The notes beneath the pieces are model-generated. The model saw nothing but the letters and a program-made list of their open reading frames with translations. It was not told the origin of the DNA and searched no databases. A stretch of DNA of 64,000 bases from a virus. The number at the start of each line of letters is the position of its first letter. Within the stretch, counting starts at the first letter, position 1. Where the stretch lies: the IMG/VR virus record IMGVR_UViG_3300029309_000005, positions 1 through 64,000 of that record. One strand, written 5' to 3'. Both the position numbers and the translations under genes were made by a program. Of this stretch, positions 10,266 to 20,142 are shown one piece after another.

Positions 10266-10710
10266 TCCATTCAGCCTCCATTTCTTTTTGGTGTTCCTCT
10301 AATTTTTCCATATATTCGCCAATCAAATCAACATTCCTTTCTAACTTTTCTTTCAGTTCTGCCGAACCTTCAGCAGACCAGTCATCAACCATGTGAATAT
10401 CACGCTCTGCGGCTTCATATCTGGAAACATACTGCATTATCATAAGATGCTTGTAAATGGCCTCAGATAAACCGATTCTCCTAACAGCAGGGGTTATCAG
10501 TGGACTCTTGCCTGTGATTGTCTGATTAATGTGCATCCAGTCCTTTCCTAACCTAATACCATCTCCAAAACTAGGCGCATGATTATCTCTGATATAACGG
10601 AGAGCAGGTGATAAAAAGGAATGAAAAATCCTACGCTTCAAAGAACTGAATCCAAAATAATTCTGCGGTGCATCCCAATCAATAGGCGGGATTTTTGGAA
10701 CTGGACTCAT
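10255..10710 (-). CDS. hypothetical protein
   Basis: 151 aa, coupled to neighbours. Confidence 0.6.
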   Translation of the reverse strand: MSPVPKIPPIDWDAPQNYFGFSSLKRRIFHSFLSPALRYIRDNHAPSFGDGIRLGKDWMHINQTITGKSPLITPAVRRIGLSEAIYKHLMIMQYVSRYEAAERDIHMVDDWSAEGSAELKEKLERNVDLIGEYMEKLEEHQKEMEAEWNEN

Positions 10711-11129
10711 TTCACATCACCTTCGATTGTAGTCACTAGGCACTCCCCACAGGCACAGTCCAGATATACCGTAGTTACGCCTCTGAGACTATCAAATGGA
10801 GTAGCAATTGGGTTGCTGAAGTCTGAGCCTTCACAGAATGTGCATCTGACTCCTACCTGTTCGATAAACCGTAGGATTTCACTAGGTTTAGTGCGGTATA
10901 ATTCTCTTGGATCTATATCAGTCAAATCTACTTCTGCTATGACCTCTGAAACTTTCAGTCTTGAGCATTTGGGGCATAAGTCTCGACAGTGATGCTCTGA
11001 TTCTTCTAAGGGTGCATGATACCATTGGTTCGCCTGTTTCTCGTAACAGTTAGGACAAAAGCAACCACATTCTGAACATTCTACTACTTCATCAACTGGC
11101 TCATTACATTCTATACATATTCCATTCAT
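10707..11129 (-). CDS. multi-CxxC Zn-finger protein
   Basis: CIEC, CSEC, CPNC, CPKC, CTFC, CACGEC. Confidence 0.65.
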   Translation of the reverse strand: MNGICIECNEPVDEVVECSECGCFCPNCYEKQANQWYHAPLEESEHHCRDLCPKCSRLKVSEVIAEVDLTDIDPRELYRTKPSEILRFIEQVGVRCTFCEGSDFSNPIATPFDSLRGVTTVYLDCACGECLVTTIEGDVK

Positions 11130-11632
11130 TCTTTCACCTCATTAAACAATGCAGCATGTTTATCACACATGCCAGGGCCATCGACTAGATTACATGCCTC
11201 ACACTTGATGAACTCAATGTCAAGATCGGTTAGGCCGTATATCTCCTTGGCCGTTCTCTTTACTGGTTCATATGCAACAATGGCATTGATTTGAACCTCA
11301 GTGTCTAAGCCTTTGCCACCATTCAAAATTAGGCATTCTAAGCATGCTTGGGCCTCTTTTTGGGTATGTTCCCTAATCAACCTACCACAGAAGCAAACTT
11401 CAGCAGCAGTAGCGAAAAGAACGCCATCTCCTTCAACCCATGTGCATGATGGATGCTCGCAGAAATCTTCTCCCCCTTCAACTCTAACTGCTGTCTTAGG
11501 GCTGTCGGCATAGTCATGTGAACCACATTCTGGATGAGGACAGGAATATCTCTCATTGTCCTTGAACATGTAGTTAGTTTCACCATTAGGGTCACAGATC
11601 TCGCAACCGTAGTCACAAACACAGCCAGTCAT
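11126..11632 (-). CDS. Cys-rich Zn-binding protein
   Basis: Many Cys/His clusters; ATGA overlaps. Confidence 0.6.
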   Translation of the reverse strand: MTGCVCDYGCEICDPNGETNYMFKDNERYSCPHPECGSHDYADSPKTAVRVEGGEDFCEHPSCTWVEGDGVLFATAAEVCFCGRLIREHTQKEAQACLECLILNGGKGLDTEVQINAIVAYEPVKRTAKEIYGLTDLDIEFIKCEACNLVDGPGMCDKHAALFNEVKE

Positions 11633-11823
11633 TGTGATTCCTCCCTCTCTGCAAATACACAGTGCAACGGTATTCCTGATTTGGCTGACTCCTTTTCTAA
11701 TTCTAGGACTTCTGAATTGACTCTAGCAACTTCATTTAGGATTTGCCTAGCAAGGTGTTGTAGTGTGGCTAATTCGGATGTTTTAGCAGACCATAGAGCG
11801 TCATTCATATTATCCCCTCCCAC
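11629..11823 (-). CDS. small hypothetical protein
   Basis: 64 aa, coupled to neighbours. Confidence 0.45.
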   Translation of the reverse strand: MGGDNMNDALWSAKTSELATLQHLARQILNEVARVNSEVLELEKESAKSGIPLHCVFAEREESQ

Positions 11824-13121
11824 TGAGGATTTTTATCAGGATTATCGCCATAAAACTCTCTGACCTTCTTGCTCTGTGCCTTTGATAACTTCAGATGTCG
11901 TAGGCTGCCCCCATAAGAGGATTGTATCTGAATTACTTCTTCTGTGAACCTAGTGGTTACATAAACGAATAATCCCTTTGTGCAAGGTTCTGTTTTCCAT
12001 ACAGCATCAGAACCTTTAGAATCCAGTTGCCTCTTAGGTGTTGAAACAATGCCATTTCCATCTAGGAAATCAGCATACACTATGGTATCAAAGGTTCTTT
12101 TCCATACAGGCTTTGTGTCATAAGTCCCTACTGTTTCGCCCCTATGAGGATCCTTCATAGGCTTGCCACCAGCGAAGTGTGTGGAAGGCATCTCTCCGAT
12201 TCTAACCTTCAACTTGTGCCTGTTCTTCTCATTCCAAGCGTCACGCTGAATACGGCTCATTCGCCCTCTGTAACCTGGAATTACTGTGTAACTTCTAGTG
12301 CAGGTTTCAGCAGAGCCATGAACCCTTCTCTCCATGTCTAATTCCTCATCAGTCTTTTGTGCCATAGGGCATAGACCATGTTCGTTAGGTAGGCTGCCAC
12401 AGATGTCACAAGCGGGAACTGAGCGGCCTCCAGAAGTAGTAGTGTGAATCGCCTTCTCTGTGATAAGACAAATATCATCTTGCTGGATTGGCACACCTTT
12501 ACCGTCTGAGATGCGTTCTGCTGCTGCGTGACCGTTTGAAATCCAATCTTTTTCAGCATCTGACATAGGGCAATGAGCCGAATGACATTCTGTTGCACCA
12601 AGCATGGCCTGTGGCCTCATATCGGCATCACAATGAGGACAAAACTCAGTCTTTGGGTTGACATCTGAAAACGGATTGAAACTGTCATCCTGAACCCAGT
12701 TGTCATAGTTTGTAATTCCATACTCATCTCTATCGTTAATGAACATGGATGGAACCGAATCACGCTCAATTATGTCTGCATGTTCCATCTTCTCAATTAT
12801 ATCCCATTGTAGCCTACCAAACCACTTCTCCTTCTTTTCATCCGGTATTGTTTGAAACTGCTGCATAATCTGTGCCTTGAGTATGTCTGTGTATTTATCC
12901 ATAAACTCATCCAGATTTTCAACATACATGAACTCCGGTAGGTTGGTGTCGCTGCTCTCAGTATCAATTGCTATTTGGTATCTAATGTCCTTCTTACCGT
13001 ATTGCTTATGCCACATTTTTTCGGCATATTCTCTCACATCTTTGAGCGATTCTAGCCCTAGTGCTTTCATTGAAACCAAAGCCTCATTGTATATCCTGTT
13101 GTAGTCATCATTTCCCTGCAT
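11805..13121 (-). CDS. hypothetical protein with Zn-binding motifs
   Basis: 438 aa; CPHC...CHSAHC; CDICG...HGLC. Confidence 0.65.
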   Translation of the reverse strand: MQGNDDYNRIYNEALVSMKALGLESLKDVREYAEKMWHKQYGKKDIRYQIAIDTESSDTNLPEFMYVENLDEFMDKYTDILKAQIMQQFQTIPDEKKEKWFGRLQWDIIEKMEHADIIERDSVPSMFINDRDEYGITNYDNWVQDDSFNPFSDVNPKTEFCPHCDADMRPQAMLGATECHSAHCPMSDAEKDWISNGHAAAERISDGKGVPIQQDDICLITEKAIHTTTSGGRSVPACDICGSLPNEHGLCPMAQKTDEELDMERRVHGSAETCTRSYTVIPGYRGRMSRIQRDAWNEKNRHKLKVRIGEMPSTHFAGGKPMKDPHRGETVGTYDTKPVWKRTFDTIVYADFLDGNGIVSTPKRQLDSKGSDAVWKTEPCTKGLFVYVTTRFTEEVIQIQSSYGGSLRHLKLSKAQSKKVREFYGDNPDKNPQWEGII

Positions 13122-13196
13122 TTTTCTTCATCTCCTAGTAGGTTCTCATACCCCTGTCAGTCATATCCACACCCAGTAGGGTATAAAAATCTGTCC

Positions 13197-15938
13197 TCAT
13201 TCATCATCACCTACATCACCATTCATTAGAACATCCCAATCAGCATTGTAGTATGCCTCTAGCCTCTTTTTGGCATCTGTGCATTGAACACCCTGTAAAT
13301 CAGCATTGATGATGATATTCTGCTTTTTAGCCCTAGTGAATGCAACATAACCCATATTGATTTCATTGATTGCAGATTCCTTAGAAGCCTCTAGTGAACG
13401 CTTATTCATGAAACAATCAATGGTCTTTGGTGCATCAGGATCCTCAGAATCATTTGTCATGGAATTGACTACAAACATGATGTCTGCCTCATCTCCCTTG
13501 TATTTGTGGATTGTAGCAATATGAACAGCGTTGCCGCCACGCTCTGAGAACAGTGTATTATTGACCCAATTCATCAGAGCCTCACTGATGTTCTTACCGC
13601 TTAGACTGTCGCCAGAATCAGACCATAGCATTACGAATGCCTCTAGCAATTCTAGGTCGCCTTGCATCTCTTGATATTCAGTTGATTGAGCCAAAGCCTG
13701 TGTATCTCCCTTGAACAGGTCGATGTATTTGGCTCTGAGTAGTGTTCTAATCTCATCAATAGAAAACAACAAAGTGCTAGACAAATTCATAACTTGACTA
13801 TATTGATTTGGCACTGACAAATCTTTCCAGCCTAATCCTAGCCTGGATTTGGCATTTACATTTCGAGTAGTGGTGTTAGATTGCGCCCTGTTAGCCAGTG
13901 CGAATGCTTGCTTGACAATACCATCTTTACCGCTAGGAGTTGATACTGGGATGCCATTCTTCAAGAATACCTTGATGAATGATGCTAATGGCCTCTTAAC
14001 TCTGCACAGCAGCCCAAAGGTCACATCTTCACCATGTAGCCTCCTAGACTCATGATATGCAGTTACAATCTCATCAGCAGTAATCTGTGCAGGTAAAGCA
14101 CCTTTAGGCCAGTCATATCCAGCCTCTAGTGGTGAACGGTGGGCTTGATAATCTGGAACATCCATATCTAATCCCCAGTGGCCTCTAGCGATGCTTACAA
14201 AGTTCTTACAAGCAACTCTAGCACTAGCAGCAACCATAGCGGTTCCTCTCCAGCAAATAGTGTTAGGATAGAATGTAGCACCTATCTTTTCAGCATTGGT
14301 CTTGAAAGCATCATTGTCAGCACCACAGAACGCATAGATAGCCTGTTTGAAGTCACCTACAATCACTTTGATTGCATTGTCCTTCACCAGCCTCCAAACC
14401 AGTTCTGCTTTGAGTATGCTGAGATCCTGAACTTCATCAATGAAAACTACATCTGCCTTTTCATGCTCTGCAATTTGCAGGTCTAAAGCATGTGGCAGAT
14501 AGATTTGGTCTGCCATGCTCAGATAGCATACTCCATTGCTAGTTACAGTTTCAACATCATCGACAGTGACATCACCTTCTAATTGATTGTCAAACTCATC
14601 ACCAAAGGTATCTGAGAGCAGTTTGATGACCTTCTTCAAGTCCTTTGGATTGATGACCGTAACTCCTAGATTTTGATTGAATTTACGCCATGAAGATACT
14701 CTTTCACCGTTGACTGAATAATTGCCCTTGAAACCAAACTGTGTGCCTATTGTTTTGTCACCTAGACGCTTCTTATGGCCTCCATTCTCAAAGGACATGA
14801 TAGTGTGACCAGAATACTCTTTGACAATACATTTGGCCTCAGTTTTGAATGATTTAGCAGAGATCGAGTTCTCCTTCTTCTCTGCTGGCGGCCACCTGCA
14901 ACCAGCAGTTTCAAGAGCAGCAAATTTAGCAGTTTCTTGAATTGCAGGGTCGGTGGTATAGATGCACTTAGATAACGGTTTAGCACTGTCTGGATAGCCT
15001 TGCCTGTTCTTATTTGGTATGATGGCTGACATAGGACTATTACTGCCACAGTATGGCCTTAATTCAGTTTTCAAGTATGCAGTTTCGATTACTACGGCCA
15101 GGATTTCAACTACCAACTGATACACAGATTGGTCGCCTAGATTTCTAGCGTTATTCTCAAACCAGCCTTGATTTACGCCCACCTTGTCAATGACTTCTAT
15201 CAGTGCTGCAATGTCATCTGAATGCACAGTAGGTGGAGTATATTGTTTGGAAATACAACTCCATGATTGACAAGGTTGTGGGGCTAGATTAGTGCCACAT
15301 GTGCAGACATCATTCTCAAATCGACCAGTATTCCTAATCGTATTACTAGGCACATATCCCTCATCCATAGCCATTGTAGCCACTTCAACTAATGGATTAA
15401 TCAGATTGTTGAATGTTGAAGATGTAGCCTTTTCCTGTGTAATCTCTTGAACCTGCTCTAGCAGCGATAATCTGTCCTCCCTAGCCAACCAGCCTGAGAG
15501 GGTAATACGAGCGATTCTAGCGTATCTATCGTTACCAAACTTAGTCAGAGCAACCCTGCTGAAACCTTCGCTTCTAGCCTTGCTAGTAATCATGCCGTGG
15601 CCTCCAGCATTGACAGTATTTGAGCCACCTAGGATCTTGACATTCAGACCAGCCTTGGTCTTGAATTCGAGTAGGATTTCCTTAGATGATTCCGATATGT
15701 GTGTATTGAACGCTGTCATCGCAGTTAGCAACTGTGGGGCTAGATGTGCAGTAATGTGACACATGCCCTGCAACAAAGATGTCTTTCCAGAACCTGCCAC
15801 AGCATCAATAGCAATGGAGAATGGTGTGCCATCCTGTGTGTAGGCATCCAATCCCTCTGCAAATGCGTCTAGCACATCCATCTGCTCATCAGACCATGTG
15901 TTCCCGTTTCTATCAACTGTTGGTATTACTGCCATCAT
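13197..15938 (-). CDS. superfamily 1 (UvrD/Rep-like) helicase with large insertions
   Basis: Motif I AVAGSGKT, II FIDEVQD, III VGDFKQAIYAFCGAD, IV CWR, LLCR, V TIHKYKGDE, VI YVAFTRAK. Confidence 0.9.
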   Translation of the reverse strand: MMAVIPTVDRNGNTWSDEQMDVLDAFAEGLDAYTQDGTPFSIAIDAVAGSGKTSLLQGMCHITAHLAPQLLTAMTAFNTHISESSKEILLEFKTKAGLNVKILGGSNTVNAGGHGMITSKARSEGFSRVALTKFGNDRYARIARITLSGWLAREDRLSLLEQVQEITQEKATSSTFNNLINPLVEVATMAMDEGYVPSNTIRNTGRFENDVCTCGTNLAPQPCQSWSCISKQYTPPTVHSDDIAALIEVIDKVGVNQGWFENNARNLGDQSVYQLVVEILAVVIETAYLKTELRPYCGSNSPMSAIIPNKNRQGYPDSAKPLSKCIYTTDPAIQETAKFAALETAGCRWPPAEKKENSISAKSFKTEAKCIVKEYSGHTIMSFENGGHKKRLGDKTIGTQFGFKGNYSVNGERVSSWRKFNQNLGVTVINPKDLKKVIKLLSDTFGDEFDNQLEGDVTVDDVETVTSNGVCYLSMADQIYLPHALDLQIAEHEKADVVFIDEVQDLSILKAELVWRLVKDNAIKVIVGDFKQAIYAFCGADNDAFKTNAEKIGATFYPNTICWRGTAMVAASARVACKNFVSIARGHWGLDMDVPDYQAHRSPLEAGYDWPKGALPAQITADEIVTAYHESRRLHGEDVTFGLLCRVKRPLASFIKVFLKNGIPVSTPSGKDGIVKQAFALANRAQSNTTTRNVNAKSRLGLGWKDLSVPNQYSQVMNLSSTLLFSIDEIRTLLRAKYIDLFKGDTQALAQSTEYQEMQGDLELLEAFVMLWSDSGDSLSGKNISEALMNWVNNTLFSERGGNAVHIATIHKYKGDEADIMFVVNSMTNDSEDPDAPKTIDCFMNKRSLEASKESAINEINMGYVAFTRAKKQNIIINADLQGVQCTDAKKRLEAYYNADWDVLMNGDVGDDE

Positions 15939-16324
15939 TCATCACCCCTAACTAGAAGCCATGTGCTTCTATACCTGCCACTACCATTCAGCCAATACTG
16001 AACAGTGTAATGATTGCCATTGTAGGTGTAGGAGGCAATAATCAATCCGCTACTGTGTGTTCTATTGCTACTGGCTAACTTAGTGCCAGAGGCTCTCTGA
16101 AGCGCATTCTTGATGTTCCTTTGGAGATTGCCTCTAGGGTTTGCTTTGTATCTGTAAATCTCTGGATTGATGCTGCGTAAAAACGACAAAATGATGGTTG
16201 TAACATCCACCCAACTTCCCCCTGCATGACGACCTATGCCCGTTTCCCTCATTTTGTAAATCTCAGAGCCTGGGTTGTGCCACATATCTTCAATCAGTCG
16301 CAGGTAGTTGATTCTTCCCATCAT
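15935..16324 (-). CDS. hypothetical basic protein, possibly DNA-binding
   Basis: 129 aa, coupled to neighbours. Confidence 0.55.
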   Translation of the reverse strand: MMGRINYLRLIEDMWHNPGSEIYKMRETGIGRHAGGSWVDVTTIILSFLRSINPEIYRYKANPRGNLQRNIKNALQRASGTKLASSNRTHSSGLIIASYTYNGNHYTVQYWLNGSGRYRSTWLLVRGDE

Positions 16325-17187
16325 TCCTCACCCCCTACGACAAATTCCTGATAGTATCTGACGGCTACAATATCCATCTCAACATAATACTTGAAAGCAG
16401 TTCCAATGGTCTTGAATTTGGCCGGTGAAAACATAGCAACAGAATCATTAGGACTAACGAATCCATGAGGCATTTCATGTGCTATCTGTTCATACTTAGC
16501 ACTCCTATTGCTGACTCCCCATCCTCCATCATTCCAGTCGATTGTGAAAGTCTCCAGATTAGGGTATGCTCTCGGATGATGGTTGGAATCATCGAAGTGG
16601 AATACCCAAACTAGGTTGCCACCTTCTCTGCTAGAAGTATTGCCATGATGTGGAGTATAACTCACAGATTCATTGTAATGTCTGCTGATAGTGCCTACAT
16701 GTCTTTCATTTGCATAAATATCCCATTCATCCTTGCTAGGATCCTCATGTGCAGTATATCCATTGTGTTCACAGGTGTATAGGGTATCAGTTTCTTCACA
16801 GTAGAATACGCCCTTTGTAGTCGGCCTCATAACCACTTCAATCTCCTTCTCTGACATGTTTGGCTTCAGACCTGCTATCTTCTTCAGATTGCGCTTTACA
16901 ATCTTCTCATGGGCTTCTTTGTATAGGTCGCCCTTGAGTTTTCGGACTGGTTCAATTGCGTCATTAAGTGAAACTCCAGACTCTCTTAATTGCTTTCTTA
17001 GGGTTTCACCAGCCTTGACGATTTTGGTGCGCTTAGACTTCAGCAATTGCCCAAATCCTGAATGTGGGCCAAAGCAATGTGTGTTTTGGAACCCAAACAT
17101 GTAGTAAATCTCATCTGAGAACACCTCAAATCTCATGTCCTTTTCTTTCATCTCTGCTGCGATAATCTCTCTGTTAGACCTGCTCAT
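16321..17187 (-). CDS. hypothetical protein
   Basis: 288 aa ORF, ATGA overlaps. Confidence 0.65.
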   Translation of the reverse strand: MSRSNREIIAAEMKEKDMRFEVFSDEIYYMFGFQNTHCFGPHSGFGQLLKSKRTKIVKAGETLRKQLRESGVSLNDAIEPVRKLKGDLYKEAHEKIVKRNLKKIAGLKPNMSEKEIEVVMRPTTKGVFYCEETDTLYTCEHNGYTAHEDPSKDEWDIYANERHVGTISRHYNESVSYTPHHGNTSSREGGNLVWVFHFDDSNHHPRAYPNLETFTIDWNDGGWGVSNRSAKYEQIAHEMPHGFVSPNDSVAMFSPAKFKTIGTAFKYYVEMDIVAVRYYQEFVVGGEE

Positions 17188-17636
17188 TGTTTATTCCTCC
17201 TTGCGTTTTCTTTTCCAATTCTATGTCCTGTTCTAAATCCAGATTGAAGCATCCCAATTGCTGCTTCCTTCAATTCGTTAATGTCATCTATGTAGTCAAG
17301 CAACTCAATGCTAGACTCAAAGATTGCATCTATGTCATCTGTGGTTACACCGTCTTTGAATACATGGTTCTCTTGACATACTTCGCACCATGCCAACGGG
17401 TCTGCTGCTATCGAATTGATGTGGGCTAGTGTTTCACAATTCACAACGAAACCATGTGACGCATGCCCCTCATAGCCGTAGCAGGTGGCTTGATACATCC
17501 CTGGCTCATTCAATCCATAATCAACAACAATCACCGTTCCAGTTTGGCGGTTCTTGAACTCTCTAATCTCTCTAACTTCTGGCATCTTTTCCTCAACTCT
17601 CATCGTTACGGCAATACTCCCCGTAGTCGTAACCAC
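17184..17636 (-). CDS. hypothetical protein (first gene of leftward arm; start uncertain)
   Basis: 150 aa ORF downstream of the conserved promoter 13-mer. Confidence 0.6.
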   Translation of the reverse strand: MVTTTGSIAVTMRVEEKMPEVREIREFKNRQTGTVIVVDYGLNEPGMYQATCYGYEGHASHGFVVNCETLAHINSIAADPLAWCEVCQENHVFKDGVTTDDIDAIFESSIELLDYIDDINELKEAAIGMLQSGFRTGHRIGKENARRNKQ

Positions 17637-17644
17637 ACTATGCA

Positions 17645-17657
17645 GGGTATATCAACA
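17645..17657 (-). promoter_or_regulatory. putative early promoter TGTTGATATACCC
   Basis: Identical to 5663-5675; heads the leftward gene arm. Confidence 0.55.
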
Positions 17658-17659
17658 CT

Positions 17660-18480
17660 ACGGACAACATAGACACTAAAGACACATTTCGAGACAGGGG
17701 TGTTCCATATCAAAAAGAGCATACTGCAAGCATCTAACAGCACATCTTAGGACACAATAGACACTTTCGACAGTTCCCTCAATATATGCAGACAAAAGAC
17801 AGGGATTTCATAGGGGAAATATGCAGTAAATCTAGGTGAAAATATACTGTTGTTTGTCATGTATTTTGTGTCTTTTTTATTGGCATCATGTCTAATATGT
17901 CTATCGTGTCTAATGTGGACTCAAAGATCGCTACTTTCAACCAGTATCAATACAACCGAAAACGACCTACTGCGAACCCCCTGCCGCTTGGGTGGGTGTT
18001 CGTTTTGTTTTGTTGAAATATGAGACAAATTGTGTATTTTGGTGTCCTACCAGGCTCTCAGTGGGTCGAAATTGGGTGTCGGACTGGGTTTTAGGCTAGG
18101 ATTTGGCCCGTTTTGAGCCAGTTTGTGGGCATGAAACTAGGTGTAAGACTGAGTGGCCTACCCAGTGTGGATATATCGCCACAGAACCCAGTTTATCGCC
18201 ACAAAATGGCCGGTTTTATCGCTACAAACACCCAGTTTGCGAGCCAGATCGAACGCACTGAGCCGAGCAGCCAGTCTGACGACTGGCTGGTGTGCCATAA
18301 ACGGGTGACTGAGAGCCTGGAACGCCCAGTATTGCACCCAGTAACTGCTAAATAGGCTCGCAGTAGCCTTTTTTTTGCCTAAAAGGGGTAGATTTGGGCA
18401 TATTTTTTTTTTTTTTTTGGCTGCCGCCATAAGTGACATACGCTACACGGAAAAAAATTTGAGAAAAAGTTGTTAGGAAT
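17660..18480. other. divergent non-coding region with short direct and inverted repeats (candidate origin / pac / genome end)
   Basis: Coding strand switches here. AGACA(C) repeats at 17663-17773 face TGTCT copies at 17868-17915; CCCAGT and TATCGCYACA repeats at 18161-18342; T16 run at 18403-18418. Confidence 0.55.
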
Positions 18481-18508
18481 GTCAATTAGTTGAGATGGAT
18501 TTATTTTA

Positions 18509-20038
18509 ATGTGTTGCATCGAGTGTAATATGCCTGAGTTTTCACCGTATGAAGATGGTGATAACATCATGCGTTTGCGTAGGTTTGCTCAAAGTGAGCC
18601 AATGAAAGTCAGAACTTCAGAAAATGACGATGATTTAACGCAAAGAGATCGCACAGAGAGTTGTTGTGATAAGTTCAAAGCGGATTTGGCTGCTGCTACA
18701 CTGACTGAGCGCATAAGTATGCTTCTCGATATGAGTTTGGGCGCAGTAAAGAGGGGTGGCAGAGGTGGCCCTGGCGAAGATGTGTATATGGGCGACTTTG
18801 GAAACTTTATGGATTGCAGAGAATTAGTTGAAGCGATAAATAATGTATTGACATATGAGACAGATGACCCTGCTGACCAAGATTCGCTAGACCAGTTAAG
18901 ACAAATAGTATTGGAATATGAGAGTTGTAAAGGTGTGCAGTTTGGAAACTTCACGCACGATATGATGCAGTTAAGTGAAAATACGTTTGAAGCGGCTTGG
19001 GATTCTATCTTTAAGATGCCGACAGATTTTGATCCGTTCCCTGATGTATCTCCAGAACAGGCTAGGGCTATTTTTGCACAGATGATGACAACCAGTGCAT
19101 TAGATAATGTAGATACGATGCCCGAAGTCAAAGTTGGTGATGCTGGTGGCGACAAGTGTTGTGCAGAGGCAAAGTCGAAGTGGATTACATACCTAACGGA
19201 ACAGTTTGATGCTGAGAACGAAATGATGGGAGATAAACAATCACACCGAGAACTTAGCGATTCAATTATAGCAAAATATGAAGCGATGGATTGTGATGAA
19301 TTCAAGATGTTTTTAGAAAATATAGCCGGAGTTAATAACAATCATCCGGTATATAGAGCGCATAACGAAAGAAAGGGATTGGGAAGGACTACCGAATCTT
19401 ATGAGGCTGCACGTATAATGGAGTCTTGGAACGCATGTGAGTTTGGCGCAGGTGAAAATGCAGAAGATATGGGGTTCTATGCAAGTGATGATTCTTTTGA
19501 AGCGACTTGGGATTCAATAAGTAAAGCCCCATTGGATATGGATTCAATCAAGCCGGTTGCTTATGTTCCAAATAATGATGATGAAAAGCGGTTTAGCATT
19601 GCAGATTTTATACACCCTAAGACTGGCAAACGCTATCCTATGGTTATGACAACGCCTTCATATTCACATGATTTTAATGTGGATATAGAATATCCACCGG
19701 ATGAACAAACTCAATTCGATGAAATGTTAGGTCACAAAATTGGTAGTAGCAATGTAAGTTATCACTTAGATCATGAACCTGATGATTTGCCATTTGCTAT
19801 GAATTATCCGATTGAAGGTGCAACCGTTAATATAAGCCCTTACATTGCAGATAATTTCAGAAACTTGGGAATGGCACAAGCGATATATGATTTGATAGAT
19901 GCTTTAGGATATAGGGTAAAGGCCAGTGACACTAGATCGGATGAAGGTGATGCGTTTTGGTCTGCTAATCAAGGCCGCACAGTTGATTCGTATGAGATGC
20001 CATTTTGGAGAAACAAAGAAACGAGGGAAAACTTATGA
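18509..20038 (+). CDS. polyprotein-like ORF: two Cys-containing helical repeats plus C-terminal GNAT-like domain, separated by two internal leader motifs
   Basis: Repeats CC...MDC.E......C. Internal SENTFEAAWDSIFK|MP and SDDSFEATWDSISK|AP. C-terminal YIADNFRNLGMAQAIYD...SDEGDAFW is GNAT motif A/B-like. Start uncertain. Confidence 0.65.
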   Translation: MCCIECNMPEFSPYEDGDNIMRLRRFAQSEPMKVRTSENDDDLTQRDRTESCCDKFKADLAAATLTERISMLLDMSLGAVKRGGRGGPGEDVYMGDFGNFMDCRELVEAINNVLTYETDDPADQDSLDQLRQIVLEYESCKGVQFGNFTHDMMQLSENTFEAAWDSIFKMPTDFDPFPDVSPEQARAIFAQMMTTSALDNVDTMPEVKVGDAGGDKCCAEAKSKWITYLTEQFDAENEMMGDKQSHRELSDSIIAKYEAMDCDEFKMFLENIAGVNNNHPVYRAHNERKGLGRTTESYEAARIMESWNACEFGAGENAEDMGFYASDDSFEATWDSISKAPLDMDSIKPVAYVPNNDDEKRFSIADFIHPKTGKRYPMVMTTPSYSHDFNVDIEYPPDEQTQFDEMLGHKIGSSNVSYHLDHEPDDLPFAMNYPIEGATVNISPYIADNFRNLGMAQAIYDLIDALGYRVKASDTRSDEGDAFWSANQGRTVDSYEMPFWRNKETRENL

Positions 20039-20142
20039 CGAGATGTAAATTATTAGACGGATGGCTTGATATTCAATCGAAAAGGATTGATGAAAAAGAA
20101 AAGCAGACCAAGAGGTGTTCTGTCACTGGTGAGAAAAAATGA
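20035..20142 (+). CDS. 35-aa small protein
   Basis: Not in track: MTRCKLLDGWLDIQSKRIDEKEKQTKRCSVTGEKK. ATGA-overlaps both neighbours exactly. Confidence 0.55.
   Translation: MTRCKLLDGWLDIQSKRIDEKEKQTKRCSVTGEKK

Noticed and set aside
18113-18570. Short ORFs in the divergent region
   Set aside because: They span homopolymer tracts and repeats, with no coupling or motif support; treated as non-coding.
18589-19341. 250-aa minus-strand ORF
   Set aside because: Antisense shadow of the 509-aa plus-strand gene; Ser-rich, no motifs.
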